Shown: positions 13,009 through 28,108, counted from the stretch's first letter. The stretch: 64,000 bases of DNA from Mizuhopecten yessoensis (GCF_002113885.1 NW_018404512.1:1133642-1197641), one strand, 5' to 3'. Notes: generated by a model not told the origin, from the sequence alone. Numbers and translations: made by a program.

Positions 13009-15329
13009 CGACAAAGTTCATTGCAATTGAAATTGACTACGGGAATAATAACATTTTCTAGCCTCACGCTACTAAATATTTCACTGTGTTTTATTGCTCA
13101 GCTTTTGAGTTAATAGCTTTAATATTGAAGTTCAAAACTAGTGACACTTGTCTTCATTCATAAATGCATACATGCCAAAGGCTGAAAATGCATTTTATGC
13201 AGATTTATTGGCATATGCAAGTTTAACAGCCGTCAGTTATTGACCACTGGAAGTTTACTAGCCAAACTGTGGAATTGGAACGGAAACACAATCTGATGAT
13301 TTACCCATTTGTATTTCTTTTCCAATTGAATACATATAGATTTCATTCAGTAAAAACATTAACAGCTAAATATTTAATTTACTGGTTGGCAACAGGACAT
13401 TTTTTAGGTACATGTAGGGATTGCCTAGATTTGCCTATTTAGTTATGTGAGTCCTCGATACGATACAGATACTTTATTATTGGGGGGAAATACATGCAGG
13501 GATATTATACCCAAGTAATCTAGGGCGACTTGATATTGTTTTCACTGTTTCTTTCTAACTATGTTTGAGCTCATCTGTATTTTGATAAATACTACAATTG
13601 GAAATACGTATTAAGAACAAACTTAAGGACCAGTGAAGTGCCGATTTCTATAATTACTTTGTATCTACTCCAAAGTGACTTTTTTTTGTTTAGAAGCAAA
13701 TTAAGTGTCGGTATACAATAATTCTTATTGTGTATTTCTATTTAGCTTTTTATATAAATCTTATGTATCTTTCAATCAAACCATCAAATTTAAGGACATG
13801 TTTAAGACACATTGCATGATTCATAGAACTTTGTTCATAATTATCTGTATATGACGCTTTATAATTCTTGTTTCATTATTCATGATTTCTGCATCATTTG
13901 CTTTTTGATATTGTTACAGGAATTACTATATATATCACACAGACTATTCCCCCCCTTGTTATCATATTTATCGTTGTCGTGTATATGTTATGAAATATAT
14001 TTTTATAAGTTTGATAACCGCATTGAGACTAATCGAGCCAATTGCTCGTCTTACAGAGTCGACATGACTATATATTGTTTTTAACTTGGTAAGAAAACAA
14101 TTTATGGTTTGTTGTTTAACAAAGTCAAAAGCTTGAATTTTTGTTCATGATTAAATCAATCATTCACATTTTTTTTTTTTTTGATCTTTTTTTTTTAAGA
14201 AATAAAATTCCTTTTGATTTTTAGGATGGTTCTGCCAGATTGAAGACATACAGAAGCTATTTTTTTATATATATATTGGAAATGTAATCCATCTACGAAA
14301 TTAAATAAAAATCCATTTGCAGTACATGAACATGTAACGATACAAAAAGTACATTTCTGCATAAATAGGAAACAACTTCAAAAAGCAAGTTTTTAATTTT
14401 ACATGTATGTACATGTATAACAATAAAAATATAAAAAAAACTTTTATCTCCCTTACATAACGTAATACTCATAGCATAAGTATTAATAGTATTTTCCAGA
14501 GATACTTACACAATTTGGGAAATAAAAATAACAACAATACTACATTGTGCTCTGGGTTAACTGGACTGTGTCTTGTCCAATGAAGTGGGAGGTCGAATGC
14601 TTTATTGAATGGAACTTATAGACAAAATATTAAGGAAATATCTCAAATAGAACATTTAAGAATCAGAGCACACTAATTATATTAGTATGAATCATGTAAC
14701 ATCTTAAGACACCCATACACCTTATTTTTATGAAACATTGTCATGCGCTATCAGATGTTAGATATGTTATTATTATTATTGATTCCTAACAGGATAAAAA
14801 AAATCCCGAATTTCTTGCCCATTATAATATGTTCATACATTATCCTTTCCGTAAAAATAACCCCATTATCAACGACATTGACACTGAAAAACGAGCTTGT
14901 GCAAATTAAACTACGAAAGTAAATGAAGACATAAAGACCCTATTTAAAGATATAATCAAAACCTACTGTGACTGCAGGAATCAAACCCATGTTTATAAGC
15001 AAATCGTAGTTCAAAAACTCTAGCCCAAAAATCAAGTTTATTGACCTCATCAGTTTTATTTCAATATGTTAAAACAGGTAAAATTAATCCCACGTTAGTC
15101 TCCATGTAACTTCATCCTACGTAACGTGGTCGACAATAAATAAATTTGAACACTTCAAGATAAAACTGTGATACACGTATTTTAATCACATTTTACTGTT
15201 TCATCTTGTTAAACTTTGTGCATTTCAATTTAAATCCATCGACTTAAATAACGTATAAACATTGGGTTCATAAAACGCGAGCTGATTTGTATTGAATACA
15301 TTTTATAGTCAGAAACACAGAACTCCCGC

Positions 15330-18300
15330 AGACCTTATATAAGCCATTGTCGAGACACCAGGAAGAAGGGTCAGAAACAATCTGAAGTAGGGAATACCTA
15401 TATTTACCAGCCAATCCACAGGTAACTGGGTCTTTGCCAAGGTCTTATCAACTGCGTTCCACGAATCAGTACTAAGATAATTACTGAGTATGGGTAGTTT
15501 AAATGAAAGAAGTTATGTGTATACCACCTGCAATGTATTAAGCTATTTAAACTTATTATTCTAAATACTGTTTAATTGGTTTTAGATATGACTGTATTAA
15601 AACCTGCTGTCGGCAGTTGAATTATCTTGTTTGTACTATTTTCTTGCACATTGTAACCTAGGAGCAAATCGATTAACTTTGTTTGTGTGCGATACTTTTG
15701 GTTACGTTTCTGGTGCTGACGCCTTTTACGTGGTTCCCTGTGCCAGAAGTCAACTGCTGTATCATCATCTGCCTCAAAATATGTTTTATCGGCGTGTAAA
15801 ATATGATCTTGCAATTTTAAAAACCTTCAGGCAGTTCTAAACTATAAAAACAATATATACAGATCGTACCTGATTTTACTGCGAAAACAAGTTATGAAAC
15901 ATTTGAATGTTTTAGTACGTGGCTGGCAATACACTGTATAATTGGACAGGTGTATGTTATGTCCTTCTCCTGTCTGAAGTTTGTTAAAGTTAAGAGCAGA
16001 TTAACAAAACAGCGCCATAAACACCAAATTAAACCGGAATCTCGGAGTCGAAGCAAAGGGATTATAGAGCTACCCAACGACATCATAACACCCCTCCACG
16101 AAAAAGGCTACCTCTGTTCATCTTAGCTGGTACGAATACGTGTCTCTTGACATACATACCCAGCAAAACATATTTCCGAATAATAAAATCATGCAATTCA
16201 TCAGTAGCGTCCATGATTGTAATGGGCAACATTAACACTAATGGATTTGTTCCACGACGTAGTAAAGCTATAGGTATATTGCCGGTCGATTTATACTCAT
16301 ACAAATAAATAATGTATGAATAGTGTTACAAACATATTACTTTTAATTTCATAATTATTAAATTTCCTGTAATAGGAAATGATATTCCAATCTCCTCTGC
16401 TAATACGTTTTACACATCACCATTGATTCACAAGGTCCTTTTCTAAGTATTGGGAATATCCTGTGGCGTCTTGTTGAATACGGGTTTCCATTTGTTGAAG
16501 ACTTAGTCATTGTGTCTGAATATGTATTTGGAGAACTGCGCAATGTCTTTGATGGGTATTCGGAAAGATTGTAATAAAACAAGCGAGATTAGCTAGCATT
16601 TCGCCTTTGACAAAAATATGAGATGTGTAGGTAGGATTGTTTGATTTTCGAACAAACCTCAGTTCAAGAAAGTGTGTCTTGATATGTAGGATTCTTCACC
16701 GAAACTCTGTGACGTGGTCGTAAAGTGTATTTTTGGTAAGCTCTCCGGTATGAAAGGTGCCCTCTATTATCTTTGGAAGCAAGGCTATTATTGGTCAAAA
16801 AACCTCTGGTCAGCGAGATGCACTCTTCAGCAGCGGGTTACAAGGCTTATTCCTTTGGTAACCACTCAGTGACAGAATTGACAACACCAAAACGTAGAGT
16901 TAACTAAGTCTGTTTAATAAGTTTTTGCATTCATTAGAATATATATATGTACATTACGAACTAATATGGCACTATAGAAGTCTCTAATGGAGTACACTCT
17001 CCTCATAGTCTAAAACAACTGACTATCACAATAACAGACCATATATGAGTACTTTGTTCCGTTCCTAGTTCCATATATGTTTTAACAATATATATAAAAG
17101 CTTTAAATAATAATAGGGAAATATCCATAATCACAATGTCTTAGATCATAAAAAGAAACTCTTTGTGTATGGCGTTTGATTCTCGATACATAAGTATGCC
17201 ATAGATAACATGAATACTGACTAGTACATGTGATAATATGAACATTGACTGGTAAAACTTAAATAACATAGATAATGACCAAAACCGGGAAAATTTCAAC
17301 AACCCTTTGCCCCTTCTAACTTAATGCTGTATATAAGACACTCTTCTTGAGCCAGTGAAAAGATACATAATTATTAACTCCTCTTACTTATGATATAATT
17401 GATACACAATGCAATTTACAACCTACAGTATTGGTCAACATTCAAAACTTGCTCTCTGTGCTGAATAAGGGGAGGAGGGTTGATTTTTATGAAGATTTTG
17501 AAGTCTTTTCAAAATAAGTATTTTCTTTTCTTCGTTTTGTTGAATTATGGGTTCCCCAAAGGAATATTATTAAATGAAAACATTTTGTTGTCCAAACAAT
17601 CGTATATAAATATACTTTTAATTATATGACGTCGCTAGACGCCTACATCGCTAGTATCTAGGAAAGGTAGGGACTGAGTTACGGCTGAACTAGGTTAGCG
17701 GTTCTGAGATCGAAGAACACGACTTACCTCTACAACAGCCAGAGTGTAACTGACGATGGGGCAGTGAATATTCACGTGAAGCTTCTTCGAGCACCGGACA
17801 TGCGCAGAACACGCTACCGTAGCAGAACACACTGCATGAAGTTTACAAGATTCGCGGTGCCTAAAATGGCCCGTAATACGATTAACAGAACATTACTAAG
17901 TTAATCTATATAATTATTACATAGCGAGAAGAATACCGAGCAGTAAACGTAATCTCGATATCAAGTCCTATAAAACTTACAATCTTGCAAACTCCTCTAA
18001 GCAAATCCGGCGAGTAAATGTAAACAAACAGTGGTTACGTTTACTCCAAGCTACAATAATTGAACATATTTAAAACTGATAGTTAACTTACATTCTCTAA
18101 CAATGAACAACTATACACTCACATATTCCTAAACCTCGTTTCGTTACAACTCCCTTAGCTTTGCATTATAGATAGTATTTAGATCGCCAGTCACTCCATG
18201 TCCAGCTGGACTTATTTTGTATTGCCATGATTAATGTTAATCACATTAAAACATTAAAACAGTCGTGACTATATATATAGACAGGCTAAACCAGTCGAAT

Positions 18301-18700
18301 TAGCGCCACATCCAAAACAGCGTTATGAAGTCTCGACCCTACAGTGTGGTTCGAACGTGGTAAACATCCAGTTGTTTCTTCATAGTAAAATAAGGTCTTC
18401 GACAGAAACACTGTTTCGGGTTGGACTTTTGTAATGAAGATATCAATGACAACATTACCATCTCTTTTGAGGAGTGAACAAAAAAATACATTAGTATGAC
18501 CCATGCCGGACTTGACTATATCTGAAGTATATCGAAGACTAATCACTTGTATACCATGTTTTCGCAAGATGATCATTTAGGATCACTACTGGCTGAGAAA
18601 ACTGTTTTGATGCCAGCTACAAAATGATAAATCAATATTCTCTACAAATCAAATGATGATTGGGCCAATACGAGCTTTGAGCTCATTTCCCGGCCATCCG
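15330..18700 (-). pseudogene. Highly decayed coding remnant, possibly glycosyltransferase family 92-like
   Basis: Collinear minus-strand fragments TVFSA..HGIQVISL..FFCSLL, EVCSKI...FYYNLSEYPSKTL, KYVLLG...VFVP and DSWNAVDKTLAKTQLPVDW, with many stops and frameshifts. Family assignment is by eye only. Confidence 0.3.
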
Positions 18701-18779
18701 GATCAAGGTAAATCGTAACGAAGTCAATTATCTATTTGGATGCCCTACCAGTTCTACAGAGCCTTCGTAAAAAATGAGG

Positions 18780-19270
18780 ATTTTTTTAAATTTGAAAATA
18801 AAAATTATTATAATTAAATTATTAGATAAAACTTCATCCAAATGTAACATTACGTTTTGCTGGGTTTCCGGACATATGGGAATAGCTGGTAACGAAAAAG
18901 CAGATCGTGCCGCCAAAGCCCTTTTTTTGCAACTCGTTGATTTTAAACTTTATTTTACAGATTTTTAAACTCTAATAACAAAAAATGTTAGGTGTCAGCG
19001 CCAAGAAAATTTGTATTCAATATTAATATTTGAATATCATAGACGACAAAAAAGACTCTATTTAACCGCAAATAGGTGCATGACATGCCTTAGGTATGGA
19101 GAAATGCACGTAGCCGAGGTTGTCCTGTTCCGTCTCTGACTGGTTCACTCCTGCATGTCATTACCTTACATGTATCTATTGACACACGAAGGCTAGCATC
19201 CATGTCATTTAACGAATATTTTACAATGAAACACATGTAATCAGATTAAGTTGACATTAGGCCAACAGAC
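18780..19270 (+). mobile_element. LINE RNase H fragment (I/Nimb-like)
   Basis: ITFCWVSGHMGIAGNEKADRAAK is the conserved RNase H C-terminal motif, followed by an EVVLFRL..GHS-like remnant. Confidence 0.75.
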
Positions 19271-19772
19271 AGTAATTCAAGCTTTTAATACAGAACGTGG
19301 TATGTAACATGTATGTTTACGTCCCTTTTATTGTGTTTTGTATATACTTTTTACCATCTTATAATATAAAATATGTATTGAACATTAGCAAATGAAGAAA
19401 TATACGGTATTATGAAATACAGCAAAAAGGTCAAAAAGTAAATAGAACTCCCCAGCTCCATTGCGAATGTGTTTCCAAGCTAGGTATTTGCGAGAATACG
19501 TATCTATGAAATGTACAGTAATAACTGCTTTTACTTTGCAAAAAATAATATTAATTGACTATTTGCAGTATCTTAAAATTTCCTATCGGTATCTGACGAA
19601 TGCAAAATGTACATCGTGTGATGTTAAAAGTGTATAATTAAATATATCAATACTGTATACAAAAATGTTGTATTGCCGCTATGACTAAGTATATACCTAA
19701 GTCACGTGACGTAATAACGGTAAAATTAAGTGTATTATAGTTTTTACAAGTTTGCTGCAGTTATTTGTTCAG

Positions 19773-20001
19773 ATTTGTTAATGTCTTAGAACGCAAAATG
19801 TTTGTCATTTTCGTGTTGGGTTTAATATCTTTTAGCCTTTACATTACTACATCCATAAAACCAACGAGAACAGAGAAAAAGACAGACATAGAAGGATTGT
19901 GTATGCAAAGGCAACATCATATGACCTTCCTGCCAGAAGCGAGAACATTTAGACCGGATAATATCGATCCGATTACTTTCTGCCCAATTACCTGAGCTAA
20001 G
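19773..20001 (+). other. Possible orphan exon encoding a type II membrane anchor plus stem
   Basis: ttcag acceptor, RKMFVIFVLGLISFSLYITT hydrophobic anchor, aag|gtacga donor-like site, in-frame TGA just before it; no partner exons found. Confidence 0.25.
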
Positions 20002-20509
20002 GTACGAAATAATTATGTTGTAGTAAAATTTGTACAGAAGCTTTTCGTACTGAACCTGCTGCTGTAAAATTATAGTGTAGCAACCCATAATGATATATCT
20101 TTATAGTCTTGATAGCATGCTCTACGGGGGAAAACAACACAAAAAATGGATAAGATTATAATCTGATATTCGATAAATGAATATTGAACAAAGGTTTCAA
20201 ACTGCTCAAAATAACATCAATTATGAAACCTATAAACCTAGCGAAGGGGAAAATGACGTTGTTCAACATAAAGAGAACAAGCTTTTCTGTATTCATACTC
20301 AACTAATCAACGATAACTCCAAATAAATACACAATTACACATAAACTCTGTCAATACACAAGGACATTTATTGACGTTACCCACGTAGTTAAGATGATCC
20401 CTTTCTGTAATAATAGAAAAAGGTAAATATAGACAGGTGGTTTTAAGGCACGAAAAAATAGAAAAAAGTCTGGTTTCAAAAAGTGATGTATAGGTTAATT
20501 TACATATAA

Positions 20510-21320
20510 ATCTAATACTGAAAAAGTAACCTGAGACATTGTGAGGGGTATCACTATTTGATACTGGAAAAGTAACCGGTGACATTGTGAGGGATGCCAG
20601 TCTAAGATGCTTGAAACGAAACATGAGACATGGTGAGGGATGCCATTATTAGATACTAGAAACGTAACCTCAGACATGGTGAGGGGTGCAACTATAAGAT
20701 ACAGGAAACGTTGACTGAAACATTGCGAGGGGTTCCACTTTTATATACTGGAAACGTAACATAAAACATAGCGAGGGGTTCCACTATTATATACTGGAAA
20801 CGTAACATAAAACATAGCGAGGGGTTCCACTATTATATACTGGAAACGTAACATAAAACATAGTGAGGGGTTCTTCTTTTATATACTGGAAACGTAACAT
20901 AAAACATAGCGAGGGGTTCCACTTTTATATACTGGAAACGTAACATAAAACGAGGCTACGTTTCCAGTGCTGACCTCACCATGTCTCAGGATATGTTTCC
21001 AGTATCTTATAATGGCACCCCTTGCAATGTATCAGGTTGCATTTTTCTGTATCTTATAGTGGCATCCCTTAAAATATCTCAGGTTACGTTTCCAGTATCT
21101 ATTAATGGGACCTCTAACCATGTCTCAGGTTGGTTTCCATCATCTTAGACTGGCATCCCTAACAAAGTCTGAAGTTAATGTTTGAGTATTTAATAGTAGC
21201 AGGGTATGCCATTATTAGATACTGGAAACATAACCTGAGACATGGTGAGGGATGCCACAATAAGATACTGGAAATCTAAGTTGAGACTTTATGAGGGGTG
21301 CTTTGATTAGATATAGGAAC
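20510..21320. repeat. ~40-bp minisatellite with an internal inverted block
   Basis: Unit atactggaaacgtaac(ctgagacatggt/ataaaacatagc)gagggg.. is forward at 20510-20955, reverse-complement at ~20957-21200 (gtttccagtatc, ccatgtctcagg) and forward again at ~21201-21320. Confidence 0.85.
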
Positions 21321-23179
21321 TTAAACATTGGTTATATCTAACTTCCCCTTTAATTGGTTTGGCGTTTACTCATTTTCCCCTTTTCCCCCGCATTCTTTTG
21401 TTTGATAACACGTTTTAGTTTGCCCTCTTGTATTGATAGAATGGTGTGTTTTGTTTTCATTTTTTATCCATGATGACTCGGCTACAAGCTATTGGAAACA
21501 CTTTTACAGACATTCTTATTTTATTCATTGCCCCAATAAAGGTTTTATTTTCATATTGTAAACACTTTCAAACATGCAATTAGAAAAAAAAGATAAAGCT
21601 AAACGTTTCGAAAAGAGAAAAGATAATAAATTGGACACATTTAATGAGTTAGTTTTCTTCAGCAACATTAAGGATGTTTATTTCAATATAGATGGCGTAT
21701 GTTCAATAATTTTACATTTACAATGCCTGATACGACTGATCAACTAATAAGACTTACACTGGAGTGACTAAATGTTTGCATTATTATTTCACATTGACTG
21801 TTTTAATTATGTACTTTATAGCGTATGAAGCGTTAAGCCAACCATTGCACCCACTGAGTATAATTTTATTTCTCCTTTGTTATTGCATTGTTAACAGTAT
21901 TAGAAATGCATAGGAATTCGCTTCCATTGTTTGCGATGACGTTGTTTACGAGGACACATATGTTTTTTGCTAATTTGATTATAATGCACTTTCAATAGAT
22001 GTAATGAGACACAATTTGCTATTTCTAACTCGCTCTTCCGTTGTAAGTGTAAATGTATAACAGTTCAAAAACGATACTTTAAATGTATAGGCAAAATTAC
22101 AATGAATTTACATTATATTCAAATACCAATCTCGTATGATTTTAATAATATCAGACATTGAAAGGGAGTTTAGATAATGCGCTCCAAAAATAAGTTTAAA
22201 ATATAGCTATGACCCTTTACCAAGGTCGTAATGGTGCAACTGTGTCAAAATCTTTAACCCAATTCTTCTTAAAAGCCAATAGTTCAATACTCAATATTTA
22301 GAAAATAGCATACCAAAACGGATAAGAACTTCATTTTAATAAATGACCGTCATTCTTCGATTCATAACTAACTTAAGGATGAGGACATCTAATTATTATT
22401 TTTGTTTTCTTCACACAGCTTATTGCAATATGTTGTATATCGTCGCAACTTGTATTTAGACAAGACAACTTGTTTGCCATCTTTAATCCTAAGATAAATG
22501 TCTTTTATATTTCTAGCACAAGGCATAACCGTGTAGATATTAAATAGTCATTTTTGTCGGATAAGAACCTTTAAAAAAGAATGTGGTAAACACAACAGTA
22601 CATGGAATTGTGCCAGGCAGCAACGTCAAATAACTTCAGCTCTGTTTCATATATCAAGAAAGGATCACAATACTTGACATAATCTATTAACCAGGTATTG
22701 TTCTGTTTACAAAGTGTATTGTTGTCTCTGTACTGTTATCTGTTAACTGTTGCCAAAACATTAAAGGTCCAAGCGCTGCTTTGTTCTACTTTGTTTGGCA
22801 TGGTTTAAACTTCCGGGTACATGTTGTTACGTACCACGCTGTTGCTAAAAATTGTCTGTAGCTAGATAACTCTTTAATTAGACAGAAAGAGGATATACAT
22901 TTTACGCCTGGTTGGTTTTTTGTAAACATACAAATTGATGAAAAACAAGAAACCAGTAATATTTACCAAATGCAAAGCGAATTTTAAGCATAACATGGAT
23001 TTTTGTATCAAATCACACCCTAGCCACATGCTTTATTAACTTTAATAAACTAACTAATAATGCCAGGTAAAATCAGTTTTATAGATAGGTTTTACACAAG
23101 TCTGTCCAATAATAAACAGAAACATGCTTATATACAAAGAGAAACAGAAACACAATAATTTCATCCTAGTGAAGTTTAT

Positions 23180-23595
23180 TTGACGTCATGAGTGAACATA
23201 CAAAGGTCGTGACCTACCTGTATAAAAATGATGTCATGAATGAGAATACATAATTATGACGTCATGGCCTACCTATACAATAATGATGTCATGAATGAAA
23301 ATACAGAATTATGATGTCATGACCTACATATATAATAATGATGTCACGAATGAGATAACAGAATTATGAAGTCATGACCTACCTATATAATAATGATGTC
23401 ATGAATGAGAATACAGAATTATGACGTCATGACCTACATATGTAATAATGATGTCATGAATGAGAGTACAGAATTATGACGTCATGACCTACCTATATAA
23501 TAATGATGTCATGAATGAGAATACAGAATTATGACGTCATGACCTACCTATATAATAATGATGTAATGAATGTGAATACAGAATTATGATGCTAT
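23180..23595. repeat. 55-bp tandem repeat, ~7 copies
   Basis: atgaatgagaatacagaattatgacgtcatgacctacctatataataatgatgtc starts at 23401, 23456 and 23511. Confidence 0.9.
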
Positions 23596-24779
23596 AACAA
23601 AATTGATACCGGTGACATTTTTTTCTCGTTCATAGGCATTACAAAAAAAAACAAAAAACATTTAATCATTATAAAAAAATATCCGGCGAATTAGGTTAGG
23701 AATAAATTAGCCATATAATCAATTAAGCATCAAAAACTATGCAAACTCAAATCCCTGAAAAATACCCATAGCCATTTACCAGAAATGCCATATTTGCATT
23801 TCGTGTACGGCCTGGTGATAGTGGAAAATTTCAGAAAAGTACGGTGACGTCAATGCGACATCATTTAGAAAAAAAGGATAGCATTTCCATTGTCCTCATG
23901 AAGTATTACCTGGTACATTGGTGCACTCGCTGAATGCGTTGACCATGAGGGGATTTATAGTTCCCGGTCACTTGTCTTAACCCTGTGTAGTCTCTTTAAG
24001 TAAACACAATAATAAAGTGTATATTTCATTGCCTTTTTAAAACTGTTCAATTCAAAATTTCCAAGTATTTCGTGTTGTTCAGAAATGTATCTTGCAACAA
24101 ACTCTTTTATGATATTATTTATTTAAACATAATAACAATAAATATTCATTTGTGCGGAACTGATAAATTGATAATGTTAACGCTACATTAGCGTATATTC
24201 TGTAATTTTTTACCCTTTGTCACAATGACATGTATGTATATTAGACGCATTATGCGTTTCTTAAATCTTCTAAAATGCAGCATGAGAATGTATGCATTGC
24301 ATGATATTTAGCCAACTTTTTATTTTCCAATACACGTGTGACATATTTTGTTGTAAGCCTGTGTGATATCACATACCAATATATCTGTGATATGTATTAC
24401 GTAGTTTTGTTATTGGATACAGGATGCAAGAGTGTGTTGTTGTTTTGTTTTTGGTTTTAAAGATAATACAATGTTTTATTACCTGTGATATGTTACTTAA
24501 TTTCTTATGTATGTACGTGTATGTCATATCCATGTTGTAAATATTGTACATTTTATGTCGACCACATGTGAGACGAGTCATTGACTCAATGTGTTATCGA
24601 ATTTAAATAAAGTCTATTATTATTATTATTATTTAATTCGGCAACCTTTTTCTACTTTAACAAATCGAACAAAGAAGTAAAATTAAGTTTAGACTAGATC
24701 ATTATCTAGTACGTATATCAGTGTAATTTAACATGATCATAATCAGGGCGATACGGGACACCCGACACAGTGTTACTCG

Positions 24780-25625
24780 TGTTACATGTCAATGCTCTGT
24801 TGTTATTGACATTACAAGACAATACGCCATTGTTACTAGCATTATGCCACGGATTCCATTGCTCTTATCATACCATGACAATCTTACGTTGTAACTAGCG
24901 TAGCAGGAGATGTTTCGTTGGTTCATGCGTATAAACGAATGTTTGATTGTTACAAGCGTAATAATAGAAAATCCAATCATAACTACATATAGCGTCATAA
25001 TAATAGAATATCAAACAAATGTTTTTTTGTTACTAAAATAACAAAAGAATATGTCTGTGTTACTAACATAACAAAAGAATGTTTTATTGTTAATAGCATG
25101 ACAATAAAATGTTTCATCGCTACTAGCATAACACAAAAATGAATCATTGTTACTAGCGTTATAAAAGAATACTTCTTTGTTACTAACATAACAAAATTTT
25201 ATTTCATTGTTACTAATATAACAAAAGCATGTTTCATTGTTATTAGCATAGCAAAAGAATGTTTCATTGTTTCTAGCACAACCAAAGAATTTTGCATTGT
25301 TACTAGCATCACAAAAAAATGTTCCATTATTACTATTATAACAGATAATGTTTCATTATTACTAGCATAACAATAGCATGGTTCATTGTTACTAGCATAA
25401 CATTGGATCTGTCATTATAACTAGGATACAAAATAATGTTTCATTGTTTCTAGCATACTAGCATAATGTTTCAATTTCACTAGCATAACACTAGATAAGT
25501 TCATTGTAAATAAGATAACGATAGATCGGTACATTTTTACTTTAATAACAATAAAATGTTTCATTTTCACTAACATAACAATAAAACGGTTCATTGTGAC
25601 TTGCATAACAATGAATTGCGTCATT
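24780..25625. repeat. Degenerate 30-bp minisatellite (tactagcataacaaaagaatgtttcattgt)
   Basis: 30-nt periodicity is clearest at 25030-25470; it explains the repetitive minus-strand ORFs there. Confidence 0.85.
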
Positions 25626-26031
25626 AATAAATATAAAACAGCATGGTCAAAGAAAAATAACAGCAAGTATCTACTGTAATAAACGGCGTCGTATCAGAGG
25701 ATGAGGAATGTTCTCTCGCAAAGTAACGTAGTTACTAACATGAGTCGGCAATGACAGAAGGTACATGTACTTTGGTAATGAACAATTGAAGTATTTTGTT
25801 ATAATTATATTTATAGTATATAAAATTGTTTCCAGTAGATAAGAGTACGAACATTTCGCGGGAATCTCTAGCTAACTTGACTGCCATTGTAATTAGAGTA
25901 GAACAAACGCATTGTTCTGAATTATAATTCTAACTGATTAGTTGGAATCACCAGTGACCTACTTCCATTGATATGTTACCTGGAACAGTTTGTCTCACGT
26001 GGAAATTTTACCAAGGACAATAAGAACACGT
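25545..26031 (+). repeat. ~490-bp direct repeat, copy 1 (left of YR retrotransposon)
   Basis: Aligns end to end with 30209-30701 (cagcaagtatctactgtaataaacggcgtcgtatcaga...agaacacgt). Confidence 0.9.
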
Positions 26032-27661
26032 CAATGCATCATTCATGGGTATATTATCGTTCACTTAGTTGAGTTAAACAGATTGATACTACTGATTTTG
26101 TATGACGTAAATTGCCCTCGCTTTATTGACAACGATATGATGAAGTAAGCGGCCCGTCCTAAAAAGGTCAAGGTTGAACTAATATGATCACGCCGTCGGG
26201 TCGGGAACAAGTGTCCTACACCTGTGTACACACATGGTTTGGTTTGACGCGGTTGGCGAAGGTAGCAATTATCGTGAAGTCAGTAATCTGTGGTCGATAT
26301 TTTGATTTGTACGTAGCAAAACAATTTCAAGAGAGATATCTTAGTATACAGGAGATTGATATTGAATTCTAAGTGCAGATCGCTCACATCAAGCACACCT
26401 CAGTCTGACCCTACATTATTTATTCGTGTTTCATTCTGTAATTTGATGATTGAAATGCCAGAATGTTTAATTCTGATCCTTTTATATAGATGTGTGGTAG
26501 CCCACTTCAATGATATATCTAACTTAGCATCCACATATATATGTTAATTTATATTTAGTCAATAATTTTGAAATTATAAACTCTAAGACGACAGCTGATC
26601 TGTCATGTGGGTCAGTAAATATTCAGGGCATGTATTTAATTGCTATTTTCTAATTGAATCAATCTCAAAACCCCCATGCGTATAATATTATACTATATTG
26701 TACAGTAAATATTGTTCAATATAAACCCATAACAAAACTTGTTTAATGGCACATATTTGTATTGTTAAGATGTATATTTATTTGTCGGTAACATATAATT
26801 ATGATAAAATAAATAAATATACAACATTTGATACAGAATGCCTTTTCCCGACGTCTAGCTGCTGTTAGAAATGCCAAAAAGGAAGCAACCTAGAACAGAA
26901 ACGAGGGCTGCGAAGCGTAGGGCACAACAGGACGAGCAGGAGGCTGAGCCGGAGGTTCAGGAGCTGGTCCCTGAGCAGGATGAAGAGCAGGAAGTGCCAA
27001 CTGATTCATCAGGTGATAAGGCTGACGTAATTACCCCAGTAGTCAGTGTGTACTCAAAGCTGGGTGAAAATGTCTATGAGGGTACCCGAACAAAATTATA
27101 ATTGAAAGGATATATGTGAACCTTGTGACTTTATAAAAAGGGGGCCCGAAGCACTTTCAGCAGCATAACCTAGCCTTTTCCTCACGCAGGCATAGCTCTC
27201 AATTTCCATACCCAGGTAGCAATCACGAAATGCCCTTCAAAAGTACAAGAGAGAGGGGACGTGGGCATAGATATATGGGCAGGGATATATTGGCGCTGGC
27301 GGCCACACCCATCAAAACTGAAAACTTAATAACTTGTCTAAGCCAGTACCCAAGAATGTTTGAAGCAAATGAATTGTTGAATTGGTTTTATCATGGATTC
27401 CGTTTCCATTATTTAGGCCCCAGACATCCAACAGAGTGTTCAAATTTAGTTTCAGTTTCTGAGAACCTTGCAGTTGCAAGAGAAAAGATCTCGAAGGAAG
27501 TCGGTTTGGGTAGGATTTTAGGCCCATTTGAAGTAAGACCTATTTCAACACTTAGGACATCCCCTGTTCCTTAACCTGATAACACATGGAGGCTTATCAT
27601 ACACCTGGTTTTCCCTTTCAATAGTAGTGTTAATGATTTTATTGAAGAAGAATATAGCATA

Positions 27662-28108
27662 GTGAAGTATTCCAAATGTTATGACATCATTGAAATGATA
27701 ACCAAGCTTGGTAAGGGAACACTTCTTGTAAAAATAGACATAAAGTCAGCCTTTAGATCACTTCCAATAAATCCAGGTGATTTTGATCTGCTAGGATTCA
27801 AGTTTGAGGACAACAACCATATTGACAAATGTCTCCCTATGGGCTGTTCAGTTTCGTGCAACCTATTTCAAAATAAATCAACGTTTCTGCATTTGGTAGT
27901 GGAGAACAGTGTAGGCTTTTCTAGTTTGCATCATTACCTTGATGACTTTCTCTTCTGTGGGGAAAGGGGTGCAAATAAGTGTCGACAACTGTTCGTGTGC
28001 TTTCAGGACATATGGTTGGAGTTGGGGTTTCCATTAGCACAGGAAAAATGGTTGGTCCAGTCACTTGCCTCGTTTTTCTTAGATATGAAATTCTTATTGT
28101 TGAAATGA
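27662..28108 (+). pseudogene. Reverse transcriptase core of the YR retrotransposon
   Basis: ORF with DIKSAFR, LPMG and YLDD motifs. Confidence 0.9.

Noticed and set aside
24789-25666. Hydrophobic minus-strand ORFs (MLVTMKH repeats)
   Set aside because: Translations of the 30-bp minisatellite.
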